Origin: Vicugna vicugna
Lineage: Eukaryota
Assembly (NCBI GenBank): GCA_013265495.1
Contig: MU058463.1
Location: 3,579,037 to 3,643,036 of the forward strand
Length of the DNA: 64,000 nucleotides
Direction of reading: 5' to 3'
Shown one piece after another: positions 12,270 to 27,568 of the stretch. The position numbers and the translations under genes were made by a program. Each line of letters starts with the position of its first letter. Position 1 is the first letter of the stretch. The notes beneath the pieces were generated by a model. It searched no databases. It saw only the letters and a program-made list of their open reading frames with translations, and was not told the DNA's origin.

Positions 12270-12485
12270 GAAAAAGAAAAAAGAGACTTGAGATCAGATA
12301 AACCTGGATTCAAAAGTCAGCTTCACTATTTACTAGCTAAATGTTTGTACCAGGTTAATGTCACACCCCTTGGGGTCAGGGTCTTTATTTTTTAAATGGT
12401 GGTAACAGGAGCTGGTTGTTAAAACTAGACAAATACAAAATTTCTAGCAAAGTCCTTGTCACAAAAGTGCTCAATAAGTATCACT
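12270..12485 (+). mobile_element. MIR SINE
   Basis: Contains agatcagataaacctggattcaaa...cactatttactagct...aaagtgctcaataa. Confidence 0.55.
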
Positions 12486-13059
12486 TCCCCTTTGGTCTCT
12501 CGGCTCCTCTAGTCCACATTTCGTTTAAAGGATAGACTACTGAAAGGCCAGTCTTTGACTTCTCCATAAAACTATGTAGAAAGGCATACTTTTTAAAGAT
12601 AAACAAATCTGACTTCTGAGGGAACTCCATTTTAAAACAACATTAAAACCTTTACCTAACCTTTCCGCAGCCCCTTCAGGTGAAAAGTTTTCCAATGTGT
12701 ATCAAATGTAGTCCAAGACTAATGCTACCACTTTGCTATTTTATTGATACTGAGAATCCACCAAACACTGAAGTCCCAGGGACAGTGTTCATCCATGAAT
12801 GTGTTTCTGGGCAAGAGGTTCCCTGGGTTCAAGTGACCCCCCCCTAAATGGGACCCAAACCTTACTGCAAAACTAAGACCTCACAGTTCTTACCCCGAGT
12901 ATTTTGGAGAAAGAAAACTGTTCACAGACGTGAATATTCTGCCTCCCTGCGTCAGCTGTAAAGGCCGGTACCACACACAGCAACGGTAACTCTTCTGCTA
13001 ACTGGGGCGTCACATACACACGGCGTCCGTGCTGTCTGTGCTGCACACTCATGCGTGAC

Positions 13060-14069
13060 CTGACATGGCTGAAATAGTCTTTATTTCTGAACATTCCAAA
13101 ACAGCAGTGTACACAGTAACAAATATTAAGTCATATACCCTAAGAAGGCATTCATTAGTGCAAATGGATTTTGTAAAAGGTCTATCAAAAAGATTTATTT
13201 GCTTTAAAATGCATTCATTTCCAGAAGCATTGTTAATAAAACATTACAGTTTCATCTTCTGTAATAAAGTATTGAAAATCAATTGTGGTACAGTAGCAAA
13301 CATTGCAGGTATGAAGTGCAATGAGCTCGTGGTGTCGTTATAAATATGAAACCCACGTATGACAATAAATTAACAATGAAGACAAGACCATTTCGCTCTG
13401 CTGTCTGGCGGTCTCCTTTGCAGCGCTTCAGACTGCACTGTGCTCCTTCAACGTAAAATCATGTCTCTCAAATTGTATGATGGGTTTTTGCTGATATATC
13501 CCTAGAGCTAAAAAAATAGTACCTTACCACAAAAATATTTTTATGGCACAAAATTTTAAGTTGTTCCATAGTGGTTCACATAGGTGTAAAAAGAAATAGG
13601 CACAAAAAATAAAATCCCTGTAAACTATAAAAAAGTAAATTTCAAAGCATGTTATAGAACCTAGTTGTAAATACGCAGTGTATTAAAATACAGACAGGTG
13701 ATGGGAAGATGTTTAGAACACATAAGTAAATTGAACAAATTACTTTAAAAAAAAAACTCATATGACAAAGAAAGCATTATTGATACATCTCAATTCTCTC
13801 AAAAAGGATTCAGGTACATAGCAGTTCTACAAAACCTTCCTAGCTCTAAGCGTCACAATACTGCAGCCGTGGACTTGAACGTTGCAGTATCTCAGGCAAA
13901 TATGTAAGTGCAATAATTAGTCTCTGGTGCTTGGTCCGTTGAAAAACAATGCGGTAACTATGTTAAAATGCAAAAGGGAAAGAATATCCCGACATCCGCT
14001 GTCACCCAGCCCGCTAGGCAACACGACCCTCATTTCCACTTCTTTCCCGCTCTTCTCCATAAAACTGCT
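13060..14069 (-). other. SLAIN1: SLAIN1 3'UTR (~1 kb, AU-rich, no obvious repeats)
   Basis: Follows the stop codon. AATAAA on the minus strand at 13080-13085, with a second copy at 13194-13199. The end position is inferred. Confidence 0.75.
13080..13085 (-). terminator. Probable polyadenylation signal (AATAAA) of SLAIN1
   Basis: Plus strand reads tttatt. GT-rich sequence (gagtgtg, tgtgtatgtg) lies 30-75 nt downstream on the minus strand. Confidence 0.6.
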
Positions 14070-14297
<228 letters not shown>

Positions 14298-15279
14298 TCA
14301 AGACTCACCTCGGGTGGAAACCCAGTTCTCAGCACACTGCTGCATGTGCACAGGCAGATTTGCAACGTAAGTGAAAAAAGGTCACTATCCCTAGTATATA
14401 AAGAATATTTTAAAATCAGAAAAAGATAAGCTTAATAGAAAAATGGCCTAAAAATGTAAATGGTTACTTCATAGAACACAAACAGAATAACGTGAGGAAA
14501 TATTCAGTTGTACAGATAATCAAATGCTTGCTTATTATATTGGCATGGAATTTAAAACTACTGCCTCTACGCAGTGTTTGCCTAAGTTTGCGGAAGAAGG
14601 CCTCGTCTGGAGATGTCCATCCACGGGATCAATGGGTTGTCCACAGTAACCTCCGTGCATCAAATAACGCGGTTCTATTCAGCCATACACGTAACACAGT
14701 TCTGCACGTACTGGGGGAGGATAAGCCAGCATTTACTGAATATGCACCAAACTGACCTCTGGGCAGTAGGATTATGGGTCAACCTTTATTTACTTTTCTG
14801 TGTTTTACAGTGGTTTCTGAATTTGTTTTTGATCCAGGCACCTTGGAAAAGAAAAAGTAAAACTATTTATACATACCTAATGCATAAAGAAAGAAAAATT
14901 ACTTGTTTTCACTTCCCTCTCCAGCTTTTAGCACGGTTCCCTCCCTCTCGTCCTTCAAATCCTAGTTTCCTGGAAGAGTTTAGGTATGCTCCCTGCCTCT
15001 ATTTGTCTCATCTTCTAATCTCTCCAGAACTCAGTGTTACGGAATTTTTTTAACCATAAAACACTCCAGGATAGAAGTTCAAGAGGAGTGAGTGCATCAT
15101 GACCATGAGCCCGTCTAGCATGTGCCCTGCAAGCAATTTGGAATTTGGGGGAAAAAAACTCTACCTGGAACATACCAAACTTAACATAAGCTAATAAAAC
15201 CCCAAGCAAATATCACTAAGACGCTTTTTAAAATCACGAGTGTGGGGAGAGGGTGTGTGTACGTGCCCAACACATTTTT

Positions 15280-15730
15280 ACCCATTTTGATAAATTACTG
15301 GTTCAACAAATATCTGCTCTTCTGCCCTAGTTTGGGCTGAGTCCTGGGCAGTAGGGAGAGGTACCAGTGACTCACAGAATCAACCATCCTCCTTCATGAA
15401 GCTTACATTCCAGTGCGGAGTCAGGGTATAAACTAATAAATAAGTAGAATACATAGTCCATCAGATGGTGCTAAATGCTGTGGGTGAAAAAAAACAGAAG
15501 GGGAATACGAAGGAGTTGTAACTCTTGCAGGAGGTACAATTTTGGACACAGGCGTTATCTGAGCGAAGACCTGAAGGAGGGAGAGCAGGCAAATAACTTG
15601 GGGGAAGGAAAATACAAAAGCTCTGGAGATGGAGCTTACTTGGCAAATTAAAGCGAAAAGCAAATAGTACGTCAGGAGTGAGGTGACGGGGGAAGAAGGG
15701 CAGATGAGGTCAAAGGAGTCCTGACCACAC
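15280..15730 (-). mobile_element. L2 fragment
   Basis: Contains ttcaacaaatat...cttcatgaagcttacattccagt...agacctgaagga...gatgaggtca. Confidence 0.55.
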
Positions 15731-15885
15731 AGGGCACCCCCCACCCCACCGCTGTCCAGAGGCAGGTCACAAGTCAGGCCGTAAGCGTTAGCCGGAGACA
15801 AAGGGAAAGTCAGGCTGGTTCCCGGAGCAGTTTCCAACAGCAAACTGCCAGGGAGGCGATGGAGATAAAGGAACAAAGGTTCTCA

Positions 15886-16188
<303 letters not shown>

Positions 16189-17389
16189 TCACATGAGAAG
16201 ATACCTACCGCCATCTAGACGTGCGTTATGTTCGAAAAAACCAGTACTGTCTGAAAGGGCTTTGTGGACACAGAAATACAGGTGTAGATAAATTCCAGAC
16301 TGCATTCAGTTTGGGAAAATTCTACTCCTTGACAAGTGAGTTTCCTATTCTGTCAATGAGCAACATTTCAGAATGCCTGACTATATTTAGAGGCCAGTTA
16401 GAACCAGCACCTCCTTTCCTTTAATAAATGTGATCACCTCTGAGTTCTCACAGGGTGATTTCTTCCTTGCTTGGAAGACATCAGGATTGCTTGATGGTTG
16501 CACTGGGGATGGTTTCATGAAAATAAAACAAGGGGGTAATTTAATAACAGTAATTATAGGAAGGAAGACAGAGGTGGCACCGGTAGGTACCAACAGCTTA
16601 TTACAGGTATATTTCTTAAATAATTTTCATCATGATACTGACTTATCTCATTGGGGTGGTGGAAGATAAAAGGAGTTAATCCACATACTCACGATGGCGC
16701 CTTGCACTTAGGAGCCACTCAACAAGTGCGAGCTAGTATTACCTTGATAACGGCACAATCTGTAAAACGAAGGGAGCTCTCTGGGTAGAGAACCCTTAAA
16801 AACTTCATCGATGTTCTGGCCCAACCTTGTGCACCATTTCACATTAAAAAACAATGAACTGTTTAGCAGAAATGTTTAAACTTTATAATCCTTTACTCCA
16901 AGGAAAAAACCGAATTACAAATTTAACAGAAACTTGTACACAGAACTCCACCTGTTAACTATTCTCGCCTTTGCTGCCTAGCGCACTTGCAGCTCAGTTA
17001 AGCAGGAACACACCGTTTTCTAAAATGGTTTAAATGATTTTAAACTTACTTCCACATAGAATATACTATAGATTGGCTTTTTGATAAAAAGGGGAGGAAG
17101 ACAAAAAATGTCTATGGTTTTATGTAATATCTCTTGAAAATATTTCCTTAGTTTTGCTCAAGTACATAACAGGTGAACTCTATATGAAGGGATGCTGATG
17201 TATGTGCATAGTGGTCAAAAAATTCAGTGAAAAATGAGACCTGTGTAAGACTCTGCTTGCTTCTGGTTCCATCAAGTGTTGGGGATACAGTAAATTCGTG
17301 TTGGTTGGCAAATCACCTCTAAGATCCTCTCCAACCAATTCTACAGTTCCTTAATTTAGTCGCTTCTAACCAGGAATATTTCAACATAC

Positions 17390-18370
17390 TGGGGTTATCG
17401 ATGGTAACAACGTACCACACGAAGGCAGGATGTTAGTAACGGGAAACTGGAAGGAGGGGCAGGAGGGACACGCAGGATTATATGGGAACTCGGTACTTCT
17501 CACTCGATTCTTCTGCAAACCTAAAGCTGCTCAAAAGAAAGTTTTAATTTTCAAAATATTCAATAAAAAATAAAAATTTGGCCCAACTTCTTTTGAAATA
17601 CAATATACACAAAGTACAGAAATGTTAAGTCTAGAGTGCAACGAAATTTCAGGGTGAACACACTCATGGAACCACACCCATGGCAAGATACGACACGTTC
17701 CCAGCACCTGAGGGCTCGCACGGACCCTCTGCCAGTCAGCACCCCCCATCCTTATCGCCACAGATTGGTCACTCCTATTTTGAACTTGAAGTAAATGGAA
17801 TTATGTGGTATGTTCTCTTTTGTGGCTGGCTTCTTTGACTTAACATCATGTTTTTGAGATTCATCCACGTAGCTGCACTGTGATGTGGTCCTCCATGGAA
17901 TGACTGTCAAAGTCTACTCTCCTGATGACGAAAAGCTGGGTTATTTCTAGTCTGGGTTTTTATGAACATTCTTGAATATGCGTTTGCTGTTATGTAGTCT
18001 TTAGGTTATGGGTTTATTCCAAATTCAGAAGTAACTGTGAATAAATGAAGTTATTAGTAAAGCTGCTGCATACAACATCAAGATAGAAAAGCCAGTTGTA
18101 TTTCTAAATTTGTATCAGCAAACTCGCAGAAACTAAAATTTGAGAATATGATTTATAAAAACATTTAAAAATCAAATAGTTAGGAATAAATTATAGATGT
18201 ATTAAAACTACAGAGAAAGCTACAAAACTTTTCTGGTAGACATGGAAGAAGATTAACTAAATGAAGGCATGTTTCGTATTACTGAATCAGAAGACTTAAT
18301 ACTCTTAAGACACTCATTCTCCTAAAGTTTATCTACAGATTCAGTAAAATTTCAAACAACATATCATTTG
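17390..18370. mobile_element. Cluster of old L1M fragments in mixed orientation (intron 5)
   Basis: Plus-strand 3'UTR piece (tatatgggaactcggtact...gcaaacctaaagctgctc), minus-strand piece (aaatggaattatg...ttttgagattcatccac) and plus-strand ORF2 piece (gaatcagaagacttaatact...tacagattcagt). Confidence 0.6.
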
Positions 18371-19819
18371 AAATGAAATTACAGAACAGTTATTCAGGAA
18401 AACAGTTTTATTAGTCCTATTAACTTTCATACACACAAGATAGATAACCACCCTTGAGTTTAAAAAAAAAAACTAGTTAAGATTAATAGACATAATCCTA
18501 ATTTTACAAATGAGAAAACAACCATCAGAAAGGATACGTAACTTTCCCAAGAGCTTGTGATTAAGACAAGACCCAAACTCAAGTCCAGTGTCTTCCTTCT
18601 CTATCACGCTGTCTCTCCAACTTTCTCTGTCCTACCTTTGTTCTTTCCAGAACGTAGGACAATCCAGAAGTGGGAATCTCATGGGATAAACTCAGAATGT
18701 ATAAAGGATATTTGCTTAGAATGCTCAGGAGTACAAGCCCCTGAGAGCAGAATCCTGAGATGGGAAACAAGTTCAGGACTGACCTCGTGTTACTAACACT
18801 CGTCTCAGGTTTTGTTTTTTATCGTCTCATTATTATGCTTGACTTACATAGAATGACTTTTCTATTTTCCTCATTTACATTTATGAATTAGAATTCTACT
18901 ATAACTTCCCCACTTCTCCATTTATTTATTCATTCTATTAAGTATGGGCCTGTGGTTATTCATTTTAATCTATGCCTTATACCCCTTTAATACAATTATT
19001 TATTCTGTGGGTCAAATTGTCCCAGACTTGGTTACTGGGAGTTAAGACTTTAAATTGTTTCCCATAACTTTTTGACATGTTCCCATCACTTTTTAAACAC
19101 TGCCATCAAAGCGGGCCATTCTCTGCAGTGTATGTGCTATTCCCTTCTGGGTTACAGACGTTCCCCGGGCACCTAAGTCATGCTATTAACGCCCACTGAG
19201 CTAGCGTTCACAAAAACTCCTCAGTTACCTTACCCTCTCTGTGATTGTCACAACCATGTTTTCCCCTTCTATGCTTATCCTGCTGGTTTTTGTACTCAAG
19301 TGTAAAACTCTATCTCAGTTAAATTCCATCATGATCTATTTGGCCACTGTCCTAACCTCCAACATAAAATTGGCTAGTCATCCTCTCAGTTTCCCACCGT
19401 TAGTTCCTAGGCTGTCTTCTGTGTCTTTACACAAACCACTAATTCAAATACTAACAGATCAAGCCCTAGGATACAACCCAATGGCAGTCATTTATGCATT
19501 CATTCAAACGGCTACTGAGAACTCCGTGTGCCAGGCAGCAAGCCAGGTGCTGAGGATAGAAAATCAGGTGAACTATGGTACAAGGGAGCTGAAGATCCAG
19601 CAGGAAGATCAATGCGGTAACAGTCGAGTGAGACGTGCTGAATGACAGAGAAAGGCACCAAAAATCGAAGCCATTCTAGACGTGTTTGGGGTACACACAC
19701 AGCGTAGTCTATTAGGGCCACCGACGGAGTCCTCTCCAAGGGCTGGCATTGGGCTGTTCCTAAAGGTAAGTCACAGCGAAGTGTACAGAGAAGAGGGGAG
19801 AGAGGAACAGCAGGTGGGA

Positions 19820-20045
19820 GCTACCATCACAGTGGTTAAAGGCATCACCTCGGGGGTAATTAGAGTTGCTCCATCTCTACTCCTTGACCTGCATGGTCCC
19901 GGGCAAGCTGTCACTTAACCTGTCTGAAACTGTTTCTTCTGCGAAGGGGGAGCTACAACAGGTGCCACCTCACAGGGTTGTTGGCAGAACTAAATAAGGA
20001 AGGGGAACCACTTAGCACAGTCCTTGTACAGAGTAAATACTGTCA
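19820..20045 (+). mobile_element. MIR SINE
   Basis: Contains agtggttaaag...gggcaagctgtcacttaacctgtctga...cctcacagggttgttg...cacttagcacagt. Confidence 0.6.
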
Positions 20046-20848
20046 CTTGTCTTCAGGAACTGAGACATAAAGGAATGAAAGGCCATCGGGTGTTGGGGAA
20101 ATACCGCTCGAGCCCCCAGACTGGATCTGAGTGAGGAAAGCGACAAACCAGTCACTCTGCATGCAGACTTAAGGCAGCTGGTTGACGGCTCTGGGCCAGA
20201 ACACTCTGAACACACTTCAGGCCTCCTGGTGTGGGCTTATCCATCCTGGGACTGTGACCTTGAGTCTGCCTCCCAGGGGTCAGTCTCAGACCTAACCCCG
20301 ACTACCCACACAAGACGGCAGGAGCAAGAAAGGGGTACCTGGAACCAGCACACCCCACACAAACGCTGGACGTAACCCTCACGGCACTGCTCGTCGCTGG
20401 AGAAAACAGACAGAGTGAATGACTGTGTGGCAAACTGAGATGAAGGAGATAAACCCCACTTTGGACACACTGAGATAGAACTCCATTCGCAGGAGGCAAG
20501 AAAAGCTATGAACTGGTGAAAACCCAAAGTAACAGCAAGACGGAAAAGTGTGCATTCTTTAAAACATCAAGTAAACAGCTAGAAAAAGGCAGAGCTGCAA
20601 AGAAAACAACTGTACGATGAGCAGACAAATCAGTCACCACTTAGTGCTTAGACTGCTGCCCTTGGGTGTAAGAGATGACATATAATTTACTAATTATTAA
20701 TTGGTGACAAAGGCCCTGGTGAACTACTCAACTGTATAGGTGAAATACCAAAAAAAAAAAAAAGTCACAAGGACAAAAGTTTCCTGTCATGTTCTTAAGA
20801 AAATGAAAGAAATGAAATAGTAAGATTTTCCTGATGGTGTTACAACTA

Positions 20849-21124
<276 letters not shown>

Positions 21125-22524
21125 TCAGTAACAAACAGAGTTATCACGTGTGTTACGAACTCTGCCAAGCTAACTGCCTATTTAGGAAAACACTCAGTGT
21201 CTCTAGGAAGGTTCCACCAAATGCACTGCTAAGGGAAAGCACTGGGTCCACAAAAAGAGGGAGGGATTAGCTAATTGATTAGCTACTTGCTCCTATATCA
21301 TAAGTGGATAAAACTGTGTCAAAGTGAGGTTAGGAAATAACCTTATAACCATTTTGTTTTAAAAAATGCTAGAAATTGTTACATGTTAATAAAAAATCTA
21401 GAAGAGTCAAACCAACAATTATTGAATATTTTGCTAGCATAAAAAAATGGAAGAAATTCTTAAAATTCTATCTTGGAATGTTTTGAGATATCCATTCACC
21501 ACATTAACTTCTGGAAAGTTTTATGAGTGTTGCACGAAACCTTCGGAGACTTGAAAAAGAAAATGCTCCCTTCTTTCTCCTTGCTTAGTACAACTTCTGC
21601 CACTAAGGGGCAGCAGAGGGTCACGCACAGACCTCAGTGTTGCTGAGATTTGAAATCAGGCACAAGACTGCAACTCTTACAAGACAGTTTCCTCTCAATT
21701 AATACACACTCCCCCAAAAGTAAAGTACATATGTCAGGTCACTAAAGCTCAGAAAACAAAGGATATATTTGAATACTAAGCAAAAACCCACTCAAGTGCT
21801 AAACCAGATTCATTTTTCTCGCCTTCGCACATGGCTCCTGCTACATTACTTAGATCCGTTGATCACAGACCTGACCACCAAGTCACCTAATCCAAAAAGC
21901 TGCAGTCTCCTAAGTTTCACCTCCCCTTCTTCACCCTCAAGGCCAAGTTCTGTCAATTCTGCCTCATAAATATTCAACAAATCTCCCATTGCCACACGGC
22001 TCAGGTATCTTTATTTATCATCCACATTTTCACAAAACCCTCTTCATCAGTCTCCATGCACCCTGTCCTGTCCCTCCCCATCTTCATACAGCTGGTCCCA
22101 CTCTTCCTGGAGCACAAGCACACTTCTGGCCACTCCCTAAACCCCTCCCATCAGTCTCCCTCCCCTTCATCCAAAAGCCCGAGGTCCTGGGCGTGGCCGG
22201 GATAAGACTTCCAGGACACTGGTTCTGTGGACTTCTCCAGCCTCATCTCCACTTTCCTGAAGGACACCATCGTAACACAGGTTCGGGGAAACCTAATCCT
22301 TTCCATGATGTTGTTTAATGTAAATTAATCCCACTTTTCTAAGGACAGTGATCTGACCAACAATACTAACCAACACGCAGAGCTGGCATCTGCATGACCA
22401 GTAGGATGTGATGGTCTAAGACACCCGACAAAAAAAGCCTTTAGAGAAACAACTCTAGGTACCCTCTCCCTCAATTTTAATAATGCTGTAATTCTCATTA
22501 GGCACATAAAATATTGTCTTTCTG

Positions 22525-22623
22525 GGTGGTGACGGCTTAGCTTACTCTGGGTTCATTCAATCCCCAGTACCTCCATTTAAAATAAATAAATAAAACCAAT
22601 TACCCAATCCTGTAAAAAAACAA
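22525..22623 (+). mobile_element. Short tRNA-derived SINE (Vic-1-like, internally deleted) with a 12-bp target-site duplication
   Basis: Body ctgggttcattcaatccccagtacctccatttaaaataaataaataaa. Direct repeat attgtctttctg at 22513-22524 and 22624-22635. Confidence 0.7.
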
Positions 22624-23729
22624 ATTGTCTTTCTGATATTATGAGCTTTAATGAATTAGTCACTATGACATTCTTTAACCACCAGTTTTCTTTTAAATTT
22701 GAACTCTTAAGGAATTATAAAAGAAATTCTGACTATAAAACCTTAAATATTTTCAAATGATCTCTCAATTAGCATGAGTAATGTAAGTACAGAGGAAGAA
22801 AAGGTAAAAACTAAATACATGACAGCAGGTGATGACAGTACAATTCATATTTGGCTTTGCAACATTAGTAAGTAACTTGTTTGATCACTTCTGGGCTCAG
22901 GGTTGAGAAATGGTGCTATCTAATAATTAAAGCTGTAACTATATAATAAGTGTGCTCTGTTTCTCCGTACCATATGCGATTTGTGTGTGAAAGTCAGACT
23001 GATCATTAGTGCAAAAACATACTAGGCTCAGAATATCACGTGACTGTTCTCCCTATAGTTCTTGGAAGTCAAGATCTGTAACTCCTGGGAGTAAGGATGG
23101 ATGATAAATGATGAAGAGGGAGACAGGAAAAAAAATACAAGAGTGTCAATGTATTCCCAGCCCACCATATTGACATCAGGACAAATCAACTTGCTGTTAT
23201 CACCCTAATACCAGCCTCCATACTTTACTGCTATGCAGATCTTAGTTCTAGACATCAGGAAATCAGAGGGGAAGACACATTCCAAACTTCCCCTAAGTCT
23301 GGATGCGCACAAGCAGCATCCTCTCCAAGCACCATCACCCATGCTCACCATCCATCACCTTGCTGGTAGCAGAGAGCGCGAGACTGGGGGTTTTGAGAAA
23401 CACGAGGAAACATGCAGCTCAGTGCCTCTGACGCCGTGGAGCTCCATTACGAACTCCTAAACTCACTCAGCCCTGCTCTCCTACAGCCGGACCAGCAACA
23501 ACATGAAGATGCTCCCCCCTTCTGACCCATTCTGCACCGGCTACGTCACCGTGGTTTTCTTGAAGCTATAAATCTGTAAATCTGGGACACGTCACCACAA
23601 GTTGGTCAGCTACAGACTTAAATGTACACCAAACTGGTAAGGTCCTGAGGATGTACTTGATAAATCTGCTAAACAGATTTTATTTATATTGACCTTAAAA
23701 CCATTTCTCAAGCATATATGAAAAGATCA

Positions 23730-24149
<420 letters not shown>

Positions 24150-25204
24150 TTACTAGGTTCCAACGGATCAAACATTTGAGGAAAATTTGCACCAAATATA
24201 TGATTCAAATGGAGACCCACTATCCTGTTCTTAGTTTATTAAATCCCCTAGAAAACAGATACAGTTACCTACCAAACAGACATCTAAGATCAGACCATTC
24301 CGTTTTGGAAACGGTTGCCCCAATGCCAGTGAAGATGGAACAGACGGCTGCGGATCATCAGTGTCTGTCATTTCCCCAAGCAATTCCTTCTGAAGTCCAG
24401 AGGGAGACTTAGGAGGGCTACTTAGGAAAAGCTATTCATCAGCATTGTGAGCAGTTAACAGCGGGTTAGATAATTAAAACAATCAACTCTCTGCCACATT
24501 GGAAACTCCTCCTGCTCCCACCCCGACTTTCAAAGTCAAAGGAAAGTTCAAATTGACCTGGGGCACAAGTTACATTCTAACAAGGTCACTTCTCTTGTTC
24601 TTTCTGTTACTAATTTTATCTTTTTCAAAGCATGCTGACACTTCGAAACTTCAACAGTTTTGGGTCATCCTAAATGACAGCCATCTAAAAATGGTCAAGC
24701 TGGACATTTCTAGTTATTTATCTCATCGCAATCCACAATTTTTTTTTAAGTAGTCTATATAGACCTAACTACTTAAAACTTCTGAGACTGTCATCCAATC
24801 TTTAAGTCATACATTTTTAGAAAGAGTTATCACTTTTTACTGTTACTAAATAATGATATCAAATAATCATTTCCCTTCAAAATGTATCTTATTAAATTCT
24901 GCATAAGCATTACAATGTTTCTCATAGTAGCCTGCCTGATTCTGAAAGCAGGACATTGTTATGCTTAAATGATACTTGGCTGTTTCTACTTAAGTTACCC
25001 TGAAAAGATAACTCCAAAACAAGCTTACTTAGCCCAGTTCTGGGATCTACATCTTCTTTTGCCTTTTGATAACATTAATACCCTTGAAGTAGTTCATTTC
25101 CAGATTATTTGTTGTAACTTGATTGCAGAATCAGTAAGAAACTATCCCATTTCCAATTATCTCCTCTTCCATAATTATGTATCTTGAGACGTATACTGAT
25201 GCAT

Positions 25205-25945
25205 TTTAATTGAATTTTTATAACTGCAGACTCACATGCAGTTCCAGGGAATAAGAGATCCCTTGTGCGTTTTGTCCAGTTTCCCTCGATGGTATCATTT
25301 TCAAAATCATAGAACAGAATGACAACTAGGATACTGGCAGTTCTATGAACCCATCTGATTTAGAGTTTCCCAGTATTACCTGTGTATGTGTTGGTATTAA
25401 ATTCTACACAATTTATCGCTTGTAGGATAGGCCACAGTCAAAAATGAAACCACTCCCAAAATCCCTCCCATTGCCCTTTTGTAACCACATCCACCTTCCT
25501 CCTGAGATCCCCCACTCTGTCCCCAAGCCTCAGTAGCCACTAATCTGTTGTCCATTTCTAAAATTTTGTCATTCCAAAATGGTATACAAGTGGAATTATA
25601 CAGTATGCAATCTCCTGGGATCATCTTTTTCCATTCAGCACAATTCCCTGGAGATTCATCCAAGATTCTGCGTCTATCAAAATTCATTCCTTTCCCTTGC
25701 TGAGTGGTACTCCACGGTACGGAGGGACCCCAGCTTGACTGACTACTCACCACGGAAGGACATCTGAGCTCATTCCGGCTTTTGGCTGTTACAGATAAAG
25801 CTGCTACGAACATTCACGTAGAGGTCTTTGTGTTTTTGAACACAAGTTTCCACTGTGCTGGGATAAATGCCCAAGAGTGCAGTGTGCTAGGTCTTATGGA
25901 AACTGCGTATCTAGTTCTTCCAAAAACTGGCAAACTGCTTCCACA
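25205..25945 (-). mobile_element. Old L1 (L1MC-like) 3' end
   Basis: Contains cactaatctgttgtccatttcta...gtggaattatacagtatg...gagattcatccaag...gataaagctgctacgaacattc. Confidence 0.75.
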
Positions 25946-26168
25946 GTTTGTGTTCTTTACATTAATGTGTTCTGGCCAGAGGATGTCCTAATACTGTACC
26001 GTGGTCATGAGAGTGCGAGAGGCATCTAACTAACTGCTCTACCCACATGGTAGGGCAGCGTGAGAGACAGAACACAACTGTCTGCCCATTACCCGGGGAG
26101 CAATGCCAGAAACCTCCCCATCCCCTTGTATTTCCAGTAGGAGCCTCCAGTTTATATAAAGTTTTCTA

Positions 26169-26372
<204 letters not shown>

Positions 26373-27568
26373 TTAATTAGAACCGGCATCTGTGTGCACT
26401 TTATAGCTCATATTTCAACAGCACTTTAAGGCATTCTCCAATTAAAAGACATAGAGCGGCTGAATGGATAAAACCAGACCCATCTGTATTTTTCCTGTTT
26501 TCGTAAGTCACCAAAAAATGACCATCACACACCATGATGAGACAATGGTATGACAACACATGCATCTTCATGAGTCTGTAAATTCATACAGACAAAACCA
26601 CTTGTTTTCTGGTTTTGTTTTTTTTTTTTTCGAATTTTCACTGTTTAAAAAAATCACTGTGCTGGGCACTAACAAAATTGTTAAGAGGGTAAATTTCAGC
26701 AGATTTCATGTTTTGTCCGTGTTTTTTTTTTTTTTTACCATACTAAGAAAAATCAATAATGTTAAATCTGCATCCCATCAGATTAAGTAAATATATAAAG
26801 GCACAGTGTAAGAATACACATCCTGTACAATTCCAATTAGTAATCAGACATGCTTTTCTCGGGTAGTAACTGATTATATATTTTAAACTAATTTTTAATC
26901 TGGTCCATTTTTTGAAACAGGAACAAACAGTAGTGCTATAAGTGGATAAGAATATCACATGTAAAAGACACACATCCATACAGGGAAGCACACATAAAAC
27001 CTCCATCATTAAGAGCAGTCGCAGGAGGCTCGCAGCCACTCATGAGTGTGAGAAAGCAAGGACGTGAGGGAGAGGACCCAGGGAGAAGATGGAGGCATGG
27101 AATCACACCGACGCTGAGACAGCTACGGAAAATGGTGAGGCCACCTCTCGTAAAAGGTTACTATGACTGTTCTTTCTATGCAGCCCTGACTTAATAAAAA
27201 GCTACCAAAAAATTAAAAAAAAAAAAAGATGTAGAAGTCTTATCATCTTGAATCATAATGAAATGTACTTGCATTGTTTTCAACAGTTAATTTTAAAAGT
27301 CACATCGGCATCTGGAAACACACAATTACATACACATGCATTTGCTAAAGAGGGGAGGCTGCCTATTACACACGATGAAGAGCAGATTAATGATGTTAAA
27401 GCACAAATGAACACTAGCCCTTCTGTACTGAAGGTAAGTGTACAGCGAACTCCCCATTATGATATGATTACCCTTAAGCTCTTCAATGAAAGGTGGATAT
27501 TTAAGCTGCATTTTAGTGACTGATTTACATACAAAGCAAGCGGCTAGTCAGGAAGTCAAGAAAATTAC

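Noticed and set aside
26433..26497. Tiny L1 endonuclease-like fragment (SPIKRHRAAEWIK) just upstream of exon 3
   Set aside because: About 60 bp of isolated repeat remnant, antisense to the gene, with no sign of function.
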